Position numbers and translations under genes: made by a program. A stretch of DNA of 61,240 bases, filler included. It is 3 parts of 3 records of this genome, joined end to end, with 100 filler letters (N's around TTAATTAATTAA, not from the genome) between each part and the next. Parts side by side here need not be neighbours in the genome. Positions count along the whole stretch, not along the records: positions 1 to 27,286 come from DRR723986_4697; 2 more parts are not named here. One strand, written 5' to 3'. Below are positions 1 to 9,615 of this stretch, piece by piece. Position 1 is the stretch's first letter. Every line of letters begins with the position of its first letter. The notes below the pieces were generated by a model, which was not told where the DNA came from, ran no database searches, and was given only the letters and a program-made list of their open reading frames with translations.

Positions 1-78
1 GAGAAGGTCATCATCAACATCAAGACCTTCGCCGACGGTCACCGCCCGCCAGACCGCGTGATCCCTGCGATCCTTTAG
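1..78 (+). CDS. 3' end of D-glycerate/2-hydroxyacid dehydrogenase (partial)
   Basis: Frame 1 reads EKVIINIKTFADGHRPPDRVIPAIL*, matching the conserved C-terminus of alphaproteobacterial D-glycerate dehydrogenase/glyoxylate reductase. Confidence 0.7.
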   Translation, partial: EKVIINIKTFADGHRPPDRVIPAIL

Positions 79-90
79 CGTTGGCGCCTG

Positions 91-612
91 TCAGCACCCG
101 GCCTTTCTGAGATTCCGGGCGCGGGCGCGTACGGAGGCGGCCGGATCCTTTTCCGCCTGGGCAAGCGCGGTGTCCGCTTCGGCGGAAATGCCGTGATCGC
201 GTTCGGCGAGATGGCATAGAAGGTCCAGAGACCAGGCCCGCAGGAAGGGGCGCCTGCTCGCCAACAAGGGCCGGGCAAAGGCAAGCAGGCGATCTGCAAC
301 ATTGTCTGGATAGGGCAGGAGACGGGCGCTCTGGCAGATGTGCAGTCGTGCATCCCACGCCATCAGGCGGGTCAGCTGGCCTGACAGCTTCACGCACTGG
401 TCCGGCGTCAGGGCCTGGCCGTTTTCGGCATGATGCTTGATCAGCCAGGTCGCCCCCGACGAGACAGCATCATTCCCATCCGCAGACAGAACGACCAGTT
501 CATCGAAATAGGCTTTGCCCGATCCGTGTGCGGCTACGGCTTCGGTGAGAACGGAAGGGAACTTGCGGTCAAAGGCGGCAAGTCGGTCTCTCAATCCGTC
601 GCTTTTTGCCAT
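91..612 (-). CDS. Hypothetical helical (HEAT-repeat-like) protein
   Basis: ORF 91-735; ATG at 612 (MAKSDGLRD) avoids overlap with hpt; C-terminal RPFLRAWSL...DPAASVRARAR is HEAT-like. Confidence 0.6.
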   Translation of the reverse strand: MAKSDGLRDRLAAFDRKFPSVLTEAVAAHGSGKAYFDELVVLSADGNDAVSSGATWLIKHHAENGQALTPDQCVKLSGQLTRLMAWDARLHICQSARLLPYPDNVADRLLAFARPLLASRRPFLRAWSLDLLCHLAERDHGISAEADTALAQAEKDPAASVRARARNLRKAGC

Positions 613-631
613 AGCGATTCCGAATGTCCGA

Positions 632-1162
632 TCAGTCCAGTGCGCCGATATAGGGCAGGCCGCGATATTTGCCGGCATCGTCCATGCCGTAGCCGACGAG
701 GTAGCGGCCGGGGGAATCGAAGGCGCAGAAATCAACGCCTTTCTCTCCGCGCGGGGCCCAGGGCTTCTGGGTCAGCGTGCAGGTAATGACTTCCTTTGCG
801 CCCTTGGCCAGAAGGTGGTGCTTGGCGAACTCGAGCGTACGGCCTGTGTCGAACACATCGTCCAGCAGCAGCACGCCGCGATCCTTCACCTGCCGCGACA
901 GGTCCGCCCGCACGACAACCCGGCCGGAGCTTTCGCGCGCATCGCGATAGCTCTCCAGCCAGATGACATCCAGCATCGGGTGCACGCCGCGCCGGGCCAG
1001 CGCCTTCATCAGGTCAGACGTGAAAGGCGTCGCGCCGATCAGGATGGAGACGACGGTCCAGTCTCCGGTCAGGCGCGGGGCCAGCCGGTCGGCCAGTTCG
1101 TCGATCCGCGCCATCAGCTGGTCTTCCGGCACGAGCACTTCGATCTTCTCGGCGTCGCTCAT
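632..1162 (-). CDS. hpt: Hypoxanthine phosphoribosyltransferase
   Basis: PRPP-binding motif VLLLDDVFDTGRTL; C-terminal LVGYGMD...YRGLPYIG. Confidence 0.9.
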   Translation of the reverse strand: MSDAEKIEVLVPEDQLMARIDELADRLAPRLTGDWTVVSILIGATPFTSDLMKALARRGVHPMLDVIWLESYRDARESSGRVVVRADLSRQVKDRGVLLLDDVFDTGRTLEFAKHHLLAKGAKEVITCTLTQKPWAPRGEKGVDFCAFDSPGRYLVGYGMDDAGKYRGLPYIGALD

Positions 1163-1890
1163 TCCGTCTCGTCTCCGGCGGGCAATTCAGGCGCTGCCTC
1201 TTCGTCCGGCGTTTCAGGCGCCGGGGGTGTCAGTGCGTCCTGGGACACACCGGCCTTGTCCACCAGCGAGAGTTCGATCTGGAAGCTCTCCATCGGGGCC
1301 TGTTCCAGCACGATCTGGAAACTGCCCTGAGCCCCGGCAGGCAGGCGGGCTGGTGTGATCGAGCCATACCGGGTGGCGACCGTGCGGCCGCGCTCGTCCT
1401 CCAGGTCCACTTTCACCAGCGGCGTATCGACGGTGGAGCGGGCCACGTTCAGGGCATGTCCGGAGACGGTGACGACCGGCACAGTGTCGTTGAAGGTGCG
1501 GGATCGTTCGATGTCGGCGAATTCGATGCCGAACCGGTTCACCGTGAAGCCGGCCATCTTGTAGGCCCCGGCAGCGCGCGGGAATACCTTCACCACATCA
1601 TTGCGGAACATGATGGCGGCTACGCCCAGCGCAAAGAACAGGACGGCCGTGCCCATCCAGGAGAGCAGGGCGACCGTGCGGCTCTTGCGGCGGCGCTGTT
1701 CACGCACCCGTTCGCGGTAGATTTCATGGGCGGCGGCCGGATTGGCGCCAGCCTTTTCCATCTCCAGCCCCGGCGGACCCACAAACCAGGAATGCCCGCA
1801 GGCGGCGCACTTCACGGTGCGGCCGCTTTCACCGATTGTTGAGTCATCGGCGAAATACTGTGTCTCACAATTCGGGCAGGTGAGGATCAT
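1159..1890 (-). CDS. MJ0042-type zinc-ribbon / DUF3426-like membrane protein
   Basis: N-terminal MILTCPNC...VKCAACGHSW, single TM segment, periplasmic domain; usual position divergent from ftsE in Alphaproteobacteria. Confidence 0.85.
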   Translation of the reverse strand: MILTCPNCETQYFADDSTIGESGRTVKCAACGHSWFVGPPGLEMEKAGANPAAAHEIYRERVREQRRRKSRTVALLSWMGTAVLFFALGVAAIMFRNDVVKVFPRAAGAYKMAGFTVNRFGIEFADIERSRTFNDTVPVVTVSGHALNVARSTVDTPLVKVDLEDERGRTVATRYGSITPARLPAGAQGSFQIVLEQAPMESFQIELSLVDKAGVSQDALTPPAPETPDEEAAPELPAGDETE

Positions 1891-1943
1891 GCCTTGGTCT
1901 TTCCCGCAATTCGCCCCAATAATCCAGCCATCCGGGCCAATCG

Positions 1944-2711
1944 ATGGAGCCGATGACCCTTTCGAGACTCGACCCTTTTGACGATATTGCTGTGCGTCTG
2001 GATAACGTGTCGTTACGTTACGACACTTCGGATGACGTTCTTAGCGGTATTGATCTCAGCCTGAAACAGGGATCTTTCACTTTCCTGACAGGCGCGTCTG
2101 GCGCGGGAAAATCCAGCCTTCTCAAACTCTTGTACCTGGCGCTGAAGCCGTCGCTCGGCGAAGTCTCGCTGTTTGGCCGGCCGACCGGGCGCCTCGCGCG
2201 CGATCAATTGTCGGCCATGCGCCGCCGGGTGGGCGTCGTCTTCCAGGAGTTCCGCCTGCTGGAACACCTTTCTGCCTATGAAAATGTCGCCCTGCCGCTG
2301 CGCGTGGTTGGCCGGAAAGATGCCGATTACCGGGGGGATGTGGAGGAGCTGCTGGCCTGGGTGGGCCTTGGCAAGCGCCTGCACGCAAAACCGCCGACCC
2401 TGTCGGGCGGGGAACAGCAGCGGGTCGCCATTGCCCGCGCCGTGGTGACCCAGCCGGACATCCTGATCGCCGACGAGCCGACCGGGAATGTCGACCCGGA
2501 AATGGGCTCTCGCCTGATGCGCCTGTTCCTGGAGCTGAACAAGCGCCGGGGCACGACCGTGATCATCGCCACGCACGATCTCGGCCTGGTGCGGCAGGTG
2601 GAGGCGCCGGTCTACCGGCTGAACAATGGCCTTCTGGTACGCGACGTCGAGTTCGGCGGAGACGGCGCAGCGGGTCGTCGGCGGACCGACCCGGCAAAGG
2701 CGGAAGACTGA
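1944..2711 (+). CDS. ftsE: Cell division ATP-binding protein FtsE
   Basis: Walker A GASGAGKS, LSGGEQQR signature, LIADEPTGNVD; followed by ftsX; start may be 1953. Confidence 0.9.
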   Translation: MEPMTLSRLDPFDDIAVRLDNVSLRYDTSDDVLSGIDLSLKQGSFTFLTGASGAGKSSLLKLLYLALKPSLGEVSLFGRPTGRLARDQLSAMRRRVGVVFQEFRLLEHLSAYENVALPLRVVGRKDADYRGDVEELLAWVGLGKRLHAKPPTLSGGEQQRVAIARAVVTQPDILIADEPTGNVDPEMGSRLMRLFLELNKRRGTTVIIATHDLGLVRQVEAPVYRLNNGLLVRDVEFGGDGAAGRRRTDPAKAED

Positions 2712-3580
2712 TGGCACGTGAAACGCCCCTCCTGCCCGTTGAGGACGCCCGCGAGGCGGCGCTGTTCTTTGTCGTTGCGGCGCTCTGCTTCCTTGCGGCG
2801 CTGGCGGCCCTGTCGGCCAAGTCGACCTATGGCGCCGCGCGGGCCTGGACGGCGGAAGTGGAAGGCGAACTGACCGTCACGCTGCAGGATGTCGACCGGA
2901 GGGCGGCGGAAGACGCCCGCAAACTGATCGAATCGACGGATGGTGTGGCGTCGGCGCACCTCCTGTCGAAGGATGAGATCGACGAATTGCTGGAGCCCAA
3001 TTTCGGCAATCGCGGCCTGCCGGACAGCCTGCCGCTGCCGCAGCTGATCGCGGTGACCGCCGATCCTCATGTGCCGGATATGGGGCCGACCCTGCAACGC
3101 GTGCTGACGCAGGCGGGCTATAACAGTGCCGTGGACGAACATGCCGACTGGGCGGGCGATGTCCGCCGCGTGCTGGCGATCACGCGGCTGATTGCGTTGA
3201 CGGCGGTAGCATTGCTGGCCTCGACCGCCGTGGCCGTGATTGCCTTCGCGACCCATGCCGCGCTGCTGGCCCGGCGGGACATTGTCGATGTGCTGCACCT
3301 GTCGGGCGCGCGCGACCGGTTCATTGCCAGCCTGTTCGAGCGGCGCTTCTGGGTCCTTGGCCTGCGGGCAGGGGCGGTGGGCGCCTTGCTGGCGCTCGGC
3401 GCCGCGGCCGCAGCGATCTTCGCCGCTAAGGCCCATGGCGGGCATGCCGGCCTGCTGCCGGAGCTGAGCCTCGATTACCTTGACCTTGTCGTCCTTGTCC
3501 TGACCCCGGTGATCGCCGGGCTTGCCGCCCGCATCGCGGCCCGCGTCACGGTGATCCGCGCGCTCAAGAGCATGATGTGA
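2711..3580 (+). CDS. ftsX: Cell division permease FtsX
   Basis: Four TM segments, periplasmic LPLPQLI motif, translationally coupled to ftsE. Confidence 0.85.
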   Translation: MARETPLLPVEDAREAALFFVVAALCFLAALAALSAKSTYGAARAWTAEVEGELTVTLQDVDRRAAEDARKLIESTDGVASAHLLSKDEIDELLEPNFGNRGLPDSLPLPQLIAVTADPHVPDMGPTLQRVLTQAGYNSAVDEHADWAGDVRRVLAITRLIALTAVALLASTAVAVIAFATHAALLARRDIVDVLHLSGARDRFIASLFERRFWVLGLRAGAVGALLALGAAAAAIFAAKAHGGHAGLLPELSLDYLDLVVLVLTPVIAGLAARIAARVTVIRALKSMM

Positions 3581-4167
3581 GCAAGGACAGCCGCCCCCGG
3601 CGTGGAAAATCCCGACTCGGCACGATGGTGGTCGTGTTCGTGCTGGGCCTGCTTGGCATCGACTTTCTGCTGTTCGCCCAGCGTGCAGCGAACATGAAAC
3701 CGGACACCGGCGTGAAAGGCGATGCCATCGTGGCGCTGACCGGCGGATCCGGCATACGCATCGCGGAAGGGGTGAAACTGGTTTCCGAAGGGCGAGGCGG
3801 GCACCTGCTGATTTCCGGCGTGCATCCGGACGTCACCATGGAAGACCTGATCAGCCTTGCGGGCGGCGATCCGGAAGTCTGGGCCTGCTGCGTCACCATC
3901 GGCCATGCGGCGGAGACCACGCTCGGCAATGCCGAAGAGACCGCCGCCTGGGCCTATGAGAACGGTTATGATGACCTGATTCTGGTCACGTCCGACTATC
4001 ACATGGCGCGCAGCCTGCTGGTCCTGCAGGACGCGATGCCGGACATCACGCTCGAGCCCTGGCCCGTGCGGACCGTGATCGACCCATCGCACCTGTTGAC
4101 CGATTACAAATCGCTCAAGGGCGTATTTCTCGAATGGGCGAAGTGGCGTGTAACGACGCTGGAATGA
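3577..4167 (+). CDS. YdcF/DUF218 family protein
   Basis: AIVALTGG, LLISGV, TTLGNA.ET, LVTSDYHMARS motifs. Confidence 0.85.
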   Translation: MSKDSRPRRGKSRLGTMVVVFVLGLLGIDFLLFAQRAANMKPDTGVKGDAIVALTGGSGIRIAEGVKLVSEGRGGHLLISGVHPDVTMEDLISLAGGDPEVWACCVTIGHAAETTLGNAEETAAWAYENGYDDLILVTSDYHMARSLLVLQDAMPDITLEPWPVRTVIDPSHLLTDYKSLKGVFLEWAKWRVTTLE

Positions 4168-4195
4168 TCGCGCGCGATTGGCTAAGCCAGCGGGC

Positions 4196-4942
4196 ATGAG
4201 AGTCTTCACTTCCCTTCTGTTCGTGATCTGGCTGTACCTGTGGATGGCCATTCTCGGCATCCTGTTCCTGCCAGCGCTGATCCTGCCGCGCTGGGCGACG
4301 ATTTTCGGTATTCGCACCTATGCCCGCACCATCCGCCTCGGCCTGCGCCTGATCTGCGGCATCAGCACCGAAATCCGCGGGCGCGAGAACATGCCGGAAG
4401 GCCCTGTGATCTATGCGGGCAAGCACCAGTGCATGTACGACGTGTTCATTCCCTTCCTGGTGATGCGCGACCCCGCCATCATCATGAAGAAGGAGCTGCT
4501 CTGGTATCCCTTCCTCGGCTGGTATGCGCTGAAAGCCGCGATGATCCCGATTGACCGGGCAGGGACGACCAGGACGCTGAAAGCCATGGTCGGCGAGGCG
4601 AAGCAGCGGGCGGACAATTACCGCCAGATCGTCATCTTCCCGGAAGGTACCCGCAAGGCGCCGGGCGCCCCGCCGGAATATCATGCGGCCGGCATTTCCG
4701 CGCTGGCGAAGGCCATTGAGGCGCCGATTGTGCCGGTGGCAACCAATGCGGGCCTCTGCTGGCCGGGCCGCGGCCTACTGCGGCGGCCCGGCAAGGTGGT
4801 CTATGAGATCCTGCCGCCCATACCGGGTGGCCTGCCGCGCAGGGACATGATGGCAAGGCTGCAGAGCGAACTGGAACCGGCGACGGACAAGCTGGTGAAA
4901 GAAGGCCTTGCCGTACAGGGCCGCGAACTGCCGGCCAGTTAG
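4196..4942 (+). CDS. plsC: 1-acyl-sn-glycerol-3-phosphate acyltransferase
   Basis: KHQCMYD (HX4D), IFPEGTR motifs; ATG at 4196. Confidence 0.85.
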   Translation: MRVFTSLLFVIWLYLWMAILGILFLPALILPRWATIFGIRTYARTIRLGLRLICGISTEIRGRENMPEGPVIYAGKHQCMYDVFIPFLVMRDPAIIMKKELLWYPFLGWYALKAAMIPIDRAGTTRTLKAMVGEAKQRADNYRQIVIFPEGTRKAPGAPPEYHAAGISALAKAIEAPIVPVATNAGLCWPGRGLLRRPGKVVYEILPPIPGGLPRRDMMARLQSELEPATDKLVKEGLAVQGRELPAS

Positions 4943-4955
4943 AGGAATTCCGGAT

Positions 4956-5978
4956 ATGGTGTCGTCTTCCACGCCGAAGAAAAAATCCCGCTTCGGCCTC
5001 ATCCTGCCGTTCGTCCTGCTGCTGCTTGTCGTCGGTGCCTGGTCGGCCTGGTGGCATGTCGCCAGCGGCCGGATCAATCAGGCTGTGGACGAATGGATCT
5101 CGGAGCAGGAGGCGCGAGGCGCGGCGTTCACCTATGCCGGCCGCCACATGGGCGGATATCCGTTCCGCTTCGAACTCGTGTTCGACCAGCCGGCGTATTC
5201 CGGCAGGCCCGGGGAAGCCTCCTGGGAAGGCGACCGGGCCGAATTCGTCATGCAGGCCTGGAATTTGACGCACATGATCGGACGCATGCCGGGCCATCAC
5301 GTCATCACCGGTGCAAACGGTATCCGCAACAGCGTCGATTTCGACGGGCATGCCGCGTTCAGCCTGTCCTGGAACAAGGCGGGGCTGAACCGGTTCGGCT
5401 TCCAGTCCGGCGAGGCGCAGGCGCTGGTCGGCGGGCAGGTCTACGGGATCAGCAATCTGTCCCTGAACCTTGCCCCGCGTCCGGAGAGCCCGGATGATCT
5501 GATGATCGCGGCGCAGTGGGACAAGCTGGCGCTGGAGGCGGCGCCTGTAGCGGCGCCTTATCTTGGTACGGAGCTTGGGCCCTCCCGCCTGATCGGGGAA
5601 GTGCGGGGCTTCTTCCCGGCCTATGAGGCTGCAGGCCGAGAGGTGGGCGGCGTCTGGCCCATGCTTCTGAACGATGGCGGCGAGGTGGAAGTTGCCCAGC
5701 TCTTGCTCGACTGGGGGGCGCTCGACCTGGGCGCGCAGGTAAACCTGACGCTGGCGAATGGCCGTTCGAACGGGGCGTTCAAGGTGCGGATCGAGAATGC
5801 CGACGCGCTGAAGCAGGCGATGATCGATACGGGCCACTGGAGCCAGCAGGAGCAGATCGTGTTTGGCACGCTGGCGCCTGCTTCGCGCGATGGCGGTTTC
5901 CTGACGCTGCCAGTGATCGACGACACAGTTTTTGTGGGCCCGGTGCCGCTGGGCAAGCTGCCCGGCAGCCGGTCGTGA
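4956..5978 (+). CDS. DUF2125-like protein
   Basis: N-terminal TM anchor (W..WW), GGYPFRF motif; ATG at 4956 after GAGG. Confidence 0.75.
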   Translation: MVSSSTPKKKSRFGLILPFVLLLLVVGAWSAWWHVASGRINQAVDEWISEQEARGAAFTYAGRHMGGYPFRFELVFDQPAYSGRPGEASWEGDRAEFVMQAWNLTHMIGRMPGHHVITGANGIRNSVDFDGHAAFSLSWNKAGLNRFGFQSGEAQALVGGQVYGISNLSLNLAPRPESPDDLMIAAQWDKLALEAAPVAAPYLGTELGPSRLIGEVRGFFPAYEAAGREVGGVWPMLLNDGGEVEVAQLLLDWGALDLGAQVNLTLANGRSNGAFKVRIENADALKQAMIDTGHWSQQEQIVFGTLAPASRDGGFLTLPVIDDTVFVGPVPLGKLPGSRS

Positions 5979-6616
5979 CCGCGCCTTCCAGAGCGACTAT
6001 CCTGTCGGCCTGCGAGGCCTTGTCCGAAATCGACCCGGCGCTCGCCCGCGCCTATGACACTGTCGGCGTGCCGGACTGGCGGACGCATGCGCCAAGCTAT
6101 GCGCTTCTGGCGCGTACAGTCGTCTACCAGCTGGTCTCCACGCGCGCAGCCGATACGATCTGGAGCCGGGTGATGGATTTTCTGGGTGAGGTCACGCCGG
6201 AACGTGTGCTGATCTGCGATCAGGACCAGCTGCGCGCCTGCGGACTCTCCCGGCCGAAACTCTCTCACATGAACACCATCGCCGCCGCCATCGCGGAGGG
6301 CGCGCTGGATCTTGCCCGCATCGAGGCGGCAGATGTGGAGGCGGCCCGCGCCGAACTGCTTGCGGTGAAGGGAATTGGTCCGTGGACGGCAGACCTTTAC
6401 CTGCTCTATGCTGCCGGGAAGATTGATGCATTTCCGCATGGCGACGCCGCCCTGATGGAAGCGCACCGGCGCCTCGGGGGCTATGACCAGCGGATGGCGA
6501 ACAAGGCATTTTCCACGCATGCAGAGCGCTGGCGCCCGCACCGGGGCGTTGCGGCGCATCTTCTCTGGGGGTGGGTAAATGCGGAACGGGCGAAAGCGGG
6601 CATTCCGCCAGCCTGA
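5975..6616 (+). CDS. alkA: DNA-3-methyladenine glycosylase II (HhH-GPD family)
   Basis: VYQLVS, LRACGLSRPK, LLAVKGIGPWTA (HhH), FPHGD, WRPHRG motifs. Confidence 0.85.
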   Translation: MTAPSRATILSACEALSEIDPALARAYDTVGVPDWRTHAPSYALLARTVVYQLVSTRAADTIWSRVMDFLGEVTPERVLICDQDQLRACGLSRPKLSHMNTIAAAIAEGALDLARIEAADVEAARAELLAVKGIGPWTADLYLLYAAGKIDAFPHGDAALMEAHRRLGGYDQRMANKAFSTHAERWRPHRGVAAHLLWGWVNAERAKAGIPPA

Positions 6617-6757
6617 GTGCCGGGCATTGCAAAACACCGTTCCTGTCATATTCTCTTGATAAGAATCGCCTAGACGAACAGGCGAAACCAAGAGGAGCGC
6701 GCGCTTTCAGTCGGTTCGAACAACAGATTTCCAGTCTCTGTCGCATGGGGGGTCACC

Positions 6758-7321
6758 ATGGCTGAGATACTTACGGCGCCGCCCAGCGGGCGGCCCGCAC
6801 TGGTTCTGAATGCCGATTACAGGCCGCTTTCCTATTATCCGCTCTCATTGTGGCCGTGGCAGGAAGTCGTGAAGGCGGTTTTCCTCGATCGTGTCGATAT
6901 CATTGCAGAATACGACTATGTCGTGCGCTCTCCGAGCACGGAATTCCGCCTGCCGAGCGTCATCGCTCTGCGCGATTTCGTGCGCCAGGACCGCCCGCCG
7001 GCCTTCACGCGCTTCAACGTGTTCCTGCGCGACGGTTTCCAATGCGCCTATTGCGGCACGCACGACCAGCTGACGTTCGACCATGTGGTGCCGCGCTCGA
7101 AGGGCGGACGCACGACTTGGGAGAATATCGTTGCCGCCTGTTCCCCCTGTAACCTGCGCAAGGGCAACAAGCTGCTGAATCAGACGGATATGCACCTGCT
7201 GCGCCGGCCTTTCCGGCCGAACAATTACCAGCTGCAGGAAACCGGCCGCCGCTTTCCGCCCAACCATCTGCACGAGACGTGGATGGATTATCTCTACTGG
7301 GATGTGGAGCTGGAGAACTGA
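6758..7321 (+). CDS. HNH endonuclease (McrA-like, conserved alphaproteobacterial type)
   Basis: LVLNADYRPL, RD...CAYCG...LTFDHVVPRSKGG...WENIVAACSPCNLRKG. Confidence 0.9.
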   Translation: MAEILTAPPSGRPALVLNADYRPLSYYPLSLWPWQEVVKAVFLDRVDIIAEYDYVVRSPSTEFRLPSVIALRDFVRQDRPPAFTRFNVFLRDGFQCAYCGTHDQLTFDHVVPRSKGGRTTWENIVAACSPCNLRKGNKLLNQTDMHLLRRPFRPNNYQLQETGRRFPPNHLHETWMDYLYWDVELEN

Positions 7322-7342
7322 TTAACAATCAGAGCGCTGTAT

Positions 7343-7383
7343 TTGTTACATATTCGCACCCGAACTGTCACAAAAACTGTATG
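7343..7383 (+). promoter_or_regulatory. Putative Pho box (PhoB site)
   Basis: TTGTTAC at 7343 and CTGTCAC at 7365 are 22 bp apart (2 x 11-bp phase), followed by AAAAACTGTATG; directly upstream of a PlcP-like gene. Confidence 0.55.
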
Positions 7384-7405
7384 AAATCAGGCTATCCGCC
7401 AACGG

Positions 7406-8227
7406 ATGTCCTCCTCGCGCCGTCAGCCGAAGCCTGATTACAAGGCGATTTTCATCTCCGATGTGCATCTCGGCAGTGCCGGGTGCCAGGCCGATGCGCT
7501 GTGCGCCTTCCTGAAAACGCATACGTCCGAACAGCTTTATCTCGTCGGTGACATCATCGATGGCTGGCGCATGCGGAAGAAATGGTTCTGGCCGCAGTCG
7601 CATACTAACGTCATCCGCCGCATCCTGACCGCGGCGAAGCGCGGCACGGAAGTCACCTATATCATCGGCAATCATGACGAGTTCCTGCGAGCCTTCCTTC
7701 AGTTCCGGCTCGCCTTCGGCGATATCCGCGTGAAGAACCGCGCCCTGCATGATGGCGAGGACGGCAAGCGCTACCTCGTCGTGCATGGCGACATGTTCGA
7801 CGGCATGATGCGGGCCGACCGCAAATGGATCATGCATCTCGGCGACCATGCCTATAATTTCCTGCTGTGGACGAACACGAAGCTGAACGCCATCCGGCGC
7901 CGCCTCGGCATGCCTTACTGGTCGCTCTCACAGGCCCTGAAGAAGCGCACCAAGCGCGCGCTGAATCATATCCACAATTTCGAAGGCCATGTGGCGGACT
8001 ATTGCCGGCGCAAGGGCTATGACGGCGCGATCTGCGGCCACATCCATGTCGCCGAAATGCGCGACATCGACGGCATCACCTACATGAACGATGGCGACTG
8101 GGTGGAAAGCTGCACCGCGCTGGTCGAGCATCATGATGGCCGCTGGGAAATCCTTCACTTCCAGCCCCACGCCGTGAAAGCGGACGAACCGGTCGCGAAA
8201 GAGTCCCGCATCCGGGCAGTTGCCTGA
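7406..8227 (+). CDS. plcP: Metallophosphoesterase of the UDP-2,3-diacylglucosamine diphosphatase/PlcP (phospholipase C) family
   Basis: ISDVHLG, LVGDIIDGW, WPQSH, GNHDE, HGD.FD, ICGHIH, YMNDGDWVESCTA motifs; upstream Pho-box-like site. Confidence 0.7.
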   Translation: MSSSRRQPKPDYKAIFISDVHLGSAGCQADALCAFLKTHTSEQLYLVGDIIDGWRMRKKWFWPQSHTNVIRRILTAAKRGTEVTYIIGNHDEFLRAFLQFRLAFGDIRVKNRALHDGEDGKRYLVVHGDMFDGMMRADRKWIMHLGDHAYNFLLWTNTKLNAIRRRLGMPYWSLSQALKKRTKRALNHIHNFEGHVADYCRRKGYDGAICGHIHVAEMRDIDGITYMNDGDWVESCTALVEHHDGRWEILHFQPHAVKADEPVAKESRIRAVA

Positions 8228-8237
8228 GGTGGCGGGT

Positions 8238-9386
8238 CTAGCCGGTAATCGGCTTCAACAAGGCGCTGATCCGCTTGCGGGCGCTGATACGGTCGAGCAG
8301 CACCAGGATTGCCACAGACAGAACGATTGTCAGCACGATCGACAGCAGGATCTGGTGAGACCAGCGCAGCCAGGCAAGTTGGGATTCGACCAGCTGGTGC
8401 ACAGGGGAATGGATGCAGTAAACCGGGAAAGACAATTGGCCCAGCCAGTCTGACAATTTCACCAGCCAGCCGGAGCGAGGGGTCATCATCGCGCCCGCAG
8501 CAATCAGCAACGGGCAGAACAGGCCGATGGCAATGAACGGATAAAGTCCGTCAAACCGGAACGGAAAGAACAACACAATTGCCGCGACTGTATAGTAAGC
8601 AATGGTTGCTCCCGACGTCAGGAAGATCGACCCTAGCCGCGCGGCTGCAATCGCCGGTTGGCGTGTCATCTGGTAAATGAGCATGCCGCACATGAAGCCG
8701 GCAAAGACGCGGGACAGGGCGATCCAGACATGATCCAAACTCCAGCCGAGATTGCCTGTGAGCGGAGCGCTGGTGTGCGCAGCCCAGTAATAGCAACCAA
8801 AGGTAAAGAGCCCGAAACAAATCATACTGCCGATGGCGAGGCCCCATCTGTTCAGGCGCAGCAGCCAGATGAACCCTATGCTTGCAATCAGTTCATAGAG
8901 AATCGACCAAAGGACGCGGTTTGCCGGGTAAAGATGCCCGGTCGCCTCAGCCGTCTCGACGTTCACGAACGCTGGGATGAAGAACAGATTGGCCAAGGCC
9001 GTCCATCCGAACATGACCTGATCGAACTCGGTTCCGTAATGCTGCCAGATCGACCACGTGCCCATCGCGCCAAGAATTGTTCCGACAATATAAGTCGGTG
9101 CGAGACGTGAAATGCGCTTGTTGATGAACGTGCTGGGCCGCATCGCACCGCGTACCTTGTCAGCATACGCATGAAATATTACAAAGCCGCTGAGGATGAA
9201 GAACAGGTCAACGGCTATGTAACTGCTGGCGATGAAGGGAAAGTGGATCGGGCCGAGATAGTGAAACAACACGACAGCGAAGGCCGCAATGCCCCGAAGT
9301 CCATCCAACACGTGGAATCTTCCGCCCGGTACTTGAGCGGGGGAGGTCGGACTGGCTGAGTGAGTGGCTGTAATTTTCTGGTGCAC
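8238..9386 (-). CDS. Acyltransferase family 3 (OafA/YrhL-like O-acyltransferase)
   Basis: LDGLRGIAAFAVVLFH, AVDLFFILSGFVI, WSILYE, LGQLSFPVYCIH; ~10 TM segments. Confidence 0.9.
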   Translation of the reverse strand: MHQKITATHSASPTSPAQVPGGRFHVLDGLRGIAAFAVVLFHYLGPIHFPFIASSYIAVDLFFILSGFVIFHAYADKVRGAMRPSTFINKRISRLAPTYIVGTILGAMGTWSIWQHYGTEFDQVMFGWTALANLFFIPAFVNVETAEATGHLYPANRVLWSILYELIASIGFIWLLRLNRWGLAIGSMICFGLFTFGCYYWAAHTSAPLTGNLGWSLDHVWIALSRVFAGFMCGMLIYQMTRQPAIAAARLGSIFLTSGATIAYYTVAAIVLFFPFRFDGLYPFIAIGLFCPLLIAAGAMMTPRSGWLVKLSDWLGQLSFPVYCIHSPVHQLVESQLAWLRWSHQILLSIVLTIVLSVAILVLLDRISARKRISALLKPITG

Positions 9387-9615
9387 ATCTCTGCGATTAC
9401 TAGTGAGGCGCTGAAATGGCTACCTATTTTAGCGCGAACTTCGCATTTTCGATGCCGTGGGCACTGGGTAACCCGTTTTTCCGGGCGTGAGTGCCTTCCA
9501 GGCGGCCCTGTTCAGCCGTGAATTCTCCTGCCTGTGGAAAAGGCCCGGATTACGCTGGCGGCGGCTGAAACATCCCCCGCTTGACTTCCCGCGCGCGCCC
9601 GGCCACCTGACACCG

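Noticed and set aside
6758-7321. HNH nuclease as a defence or mobile-element gene
   Set aside because: It is the compact conserved alphaproteobacterial HNH type in a housekeeping neighbourhood, with no methylase or mobility genes nearby
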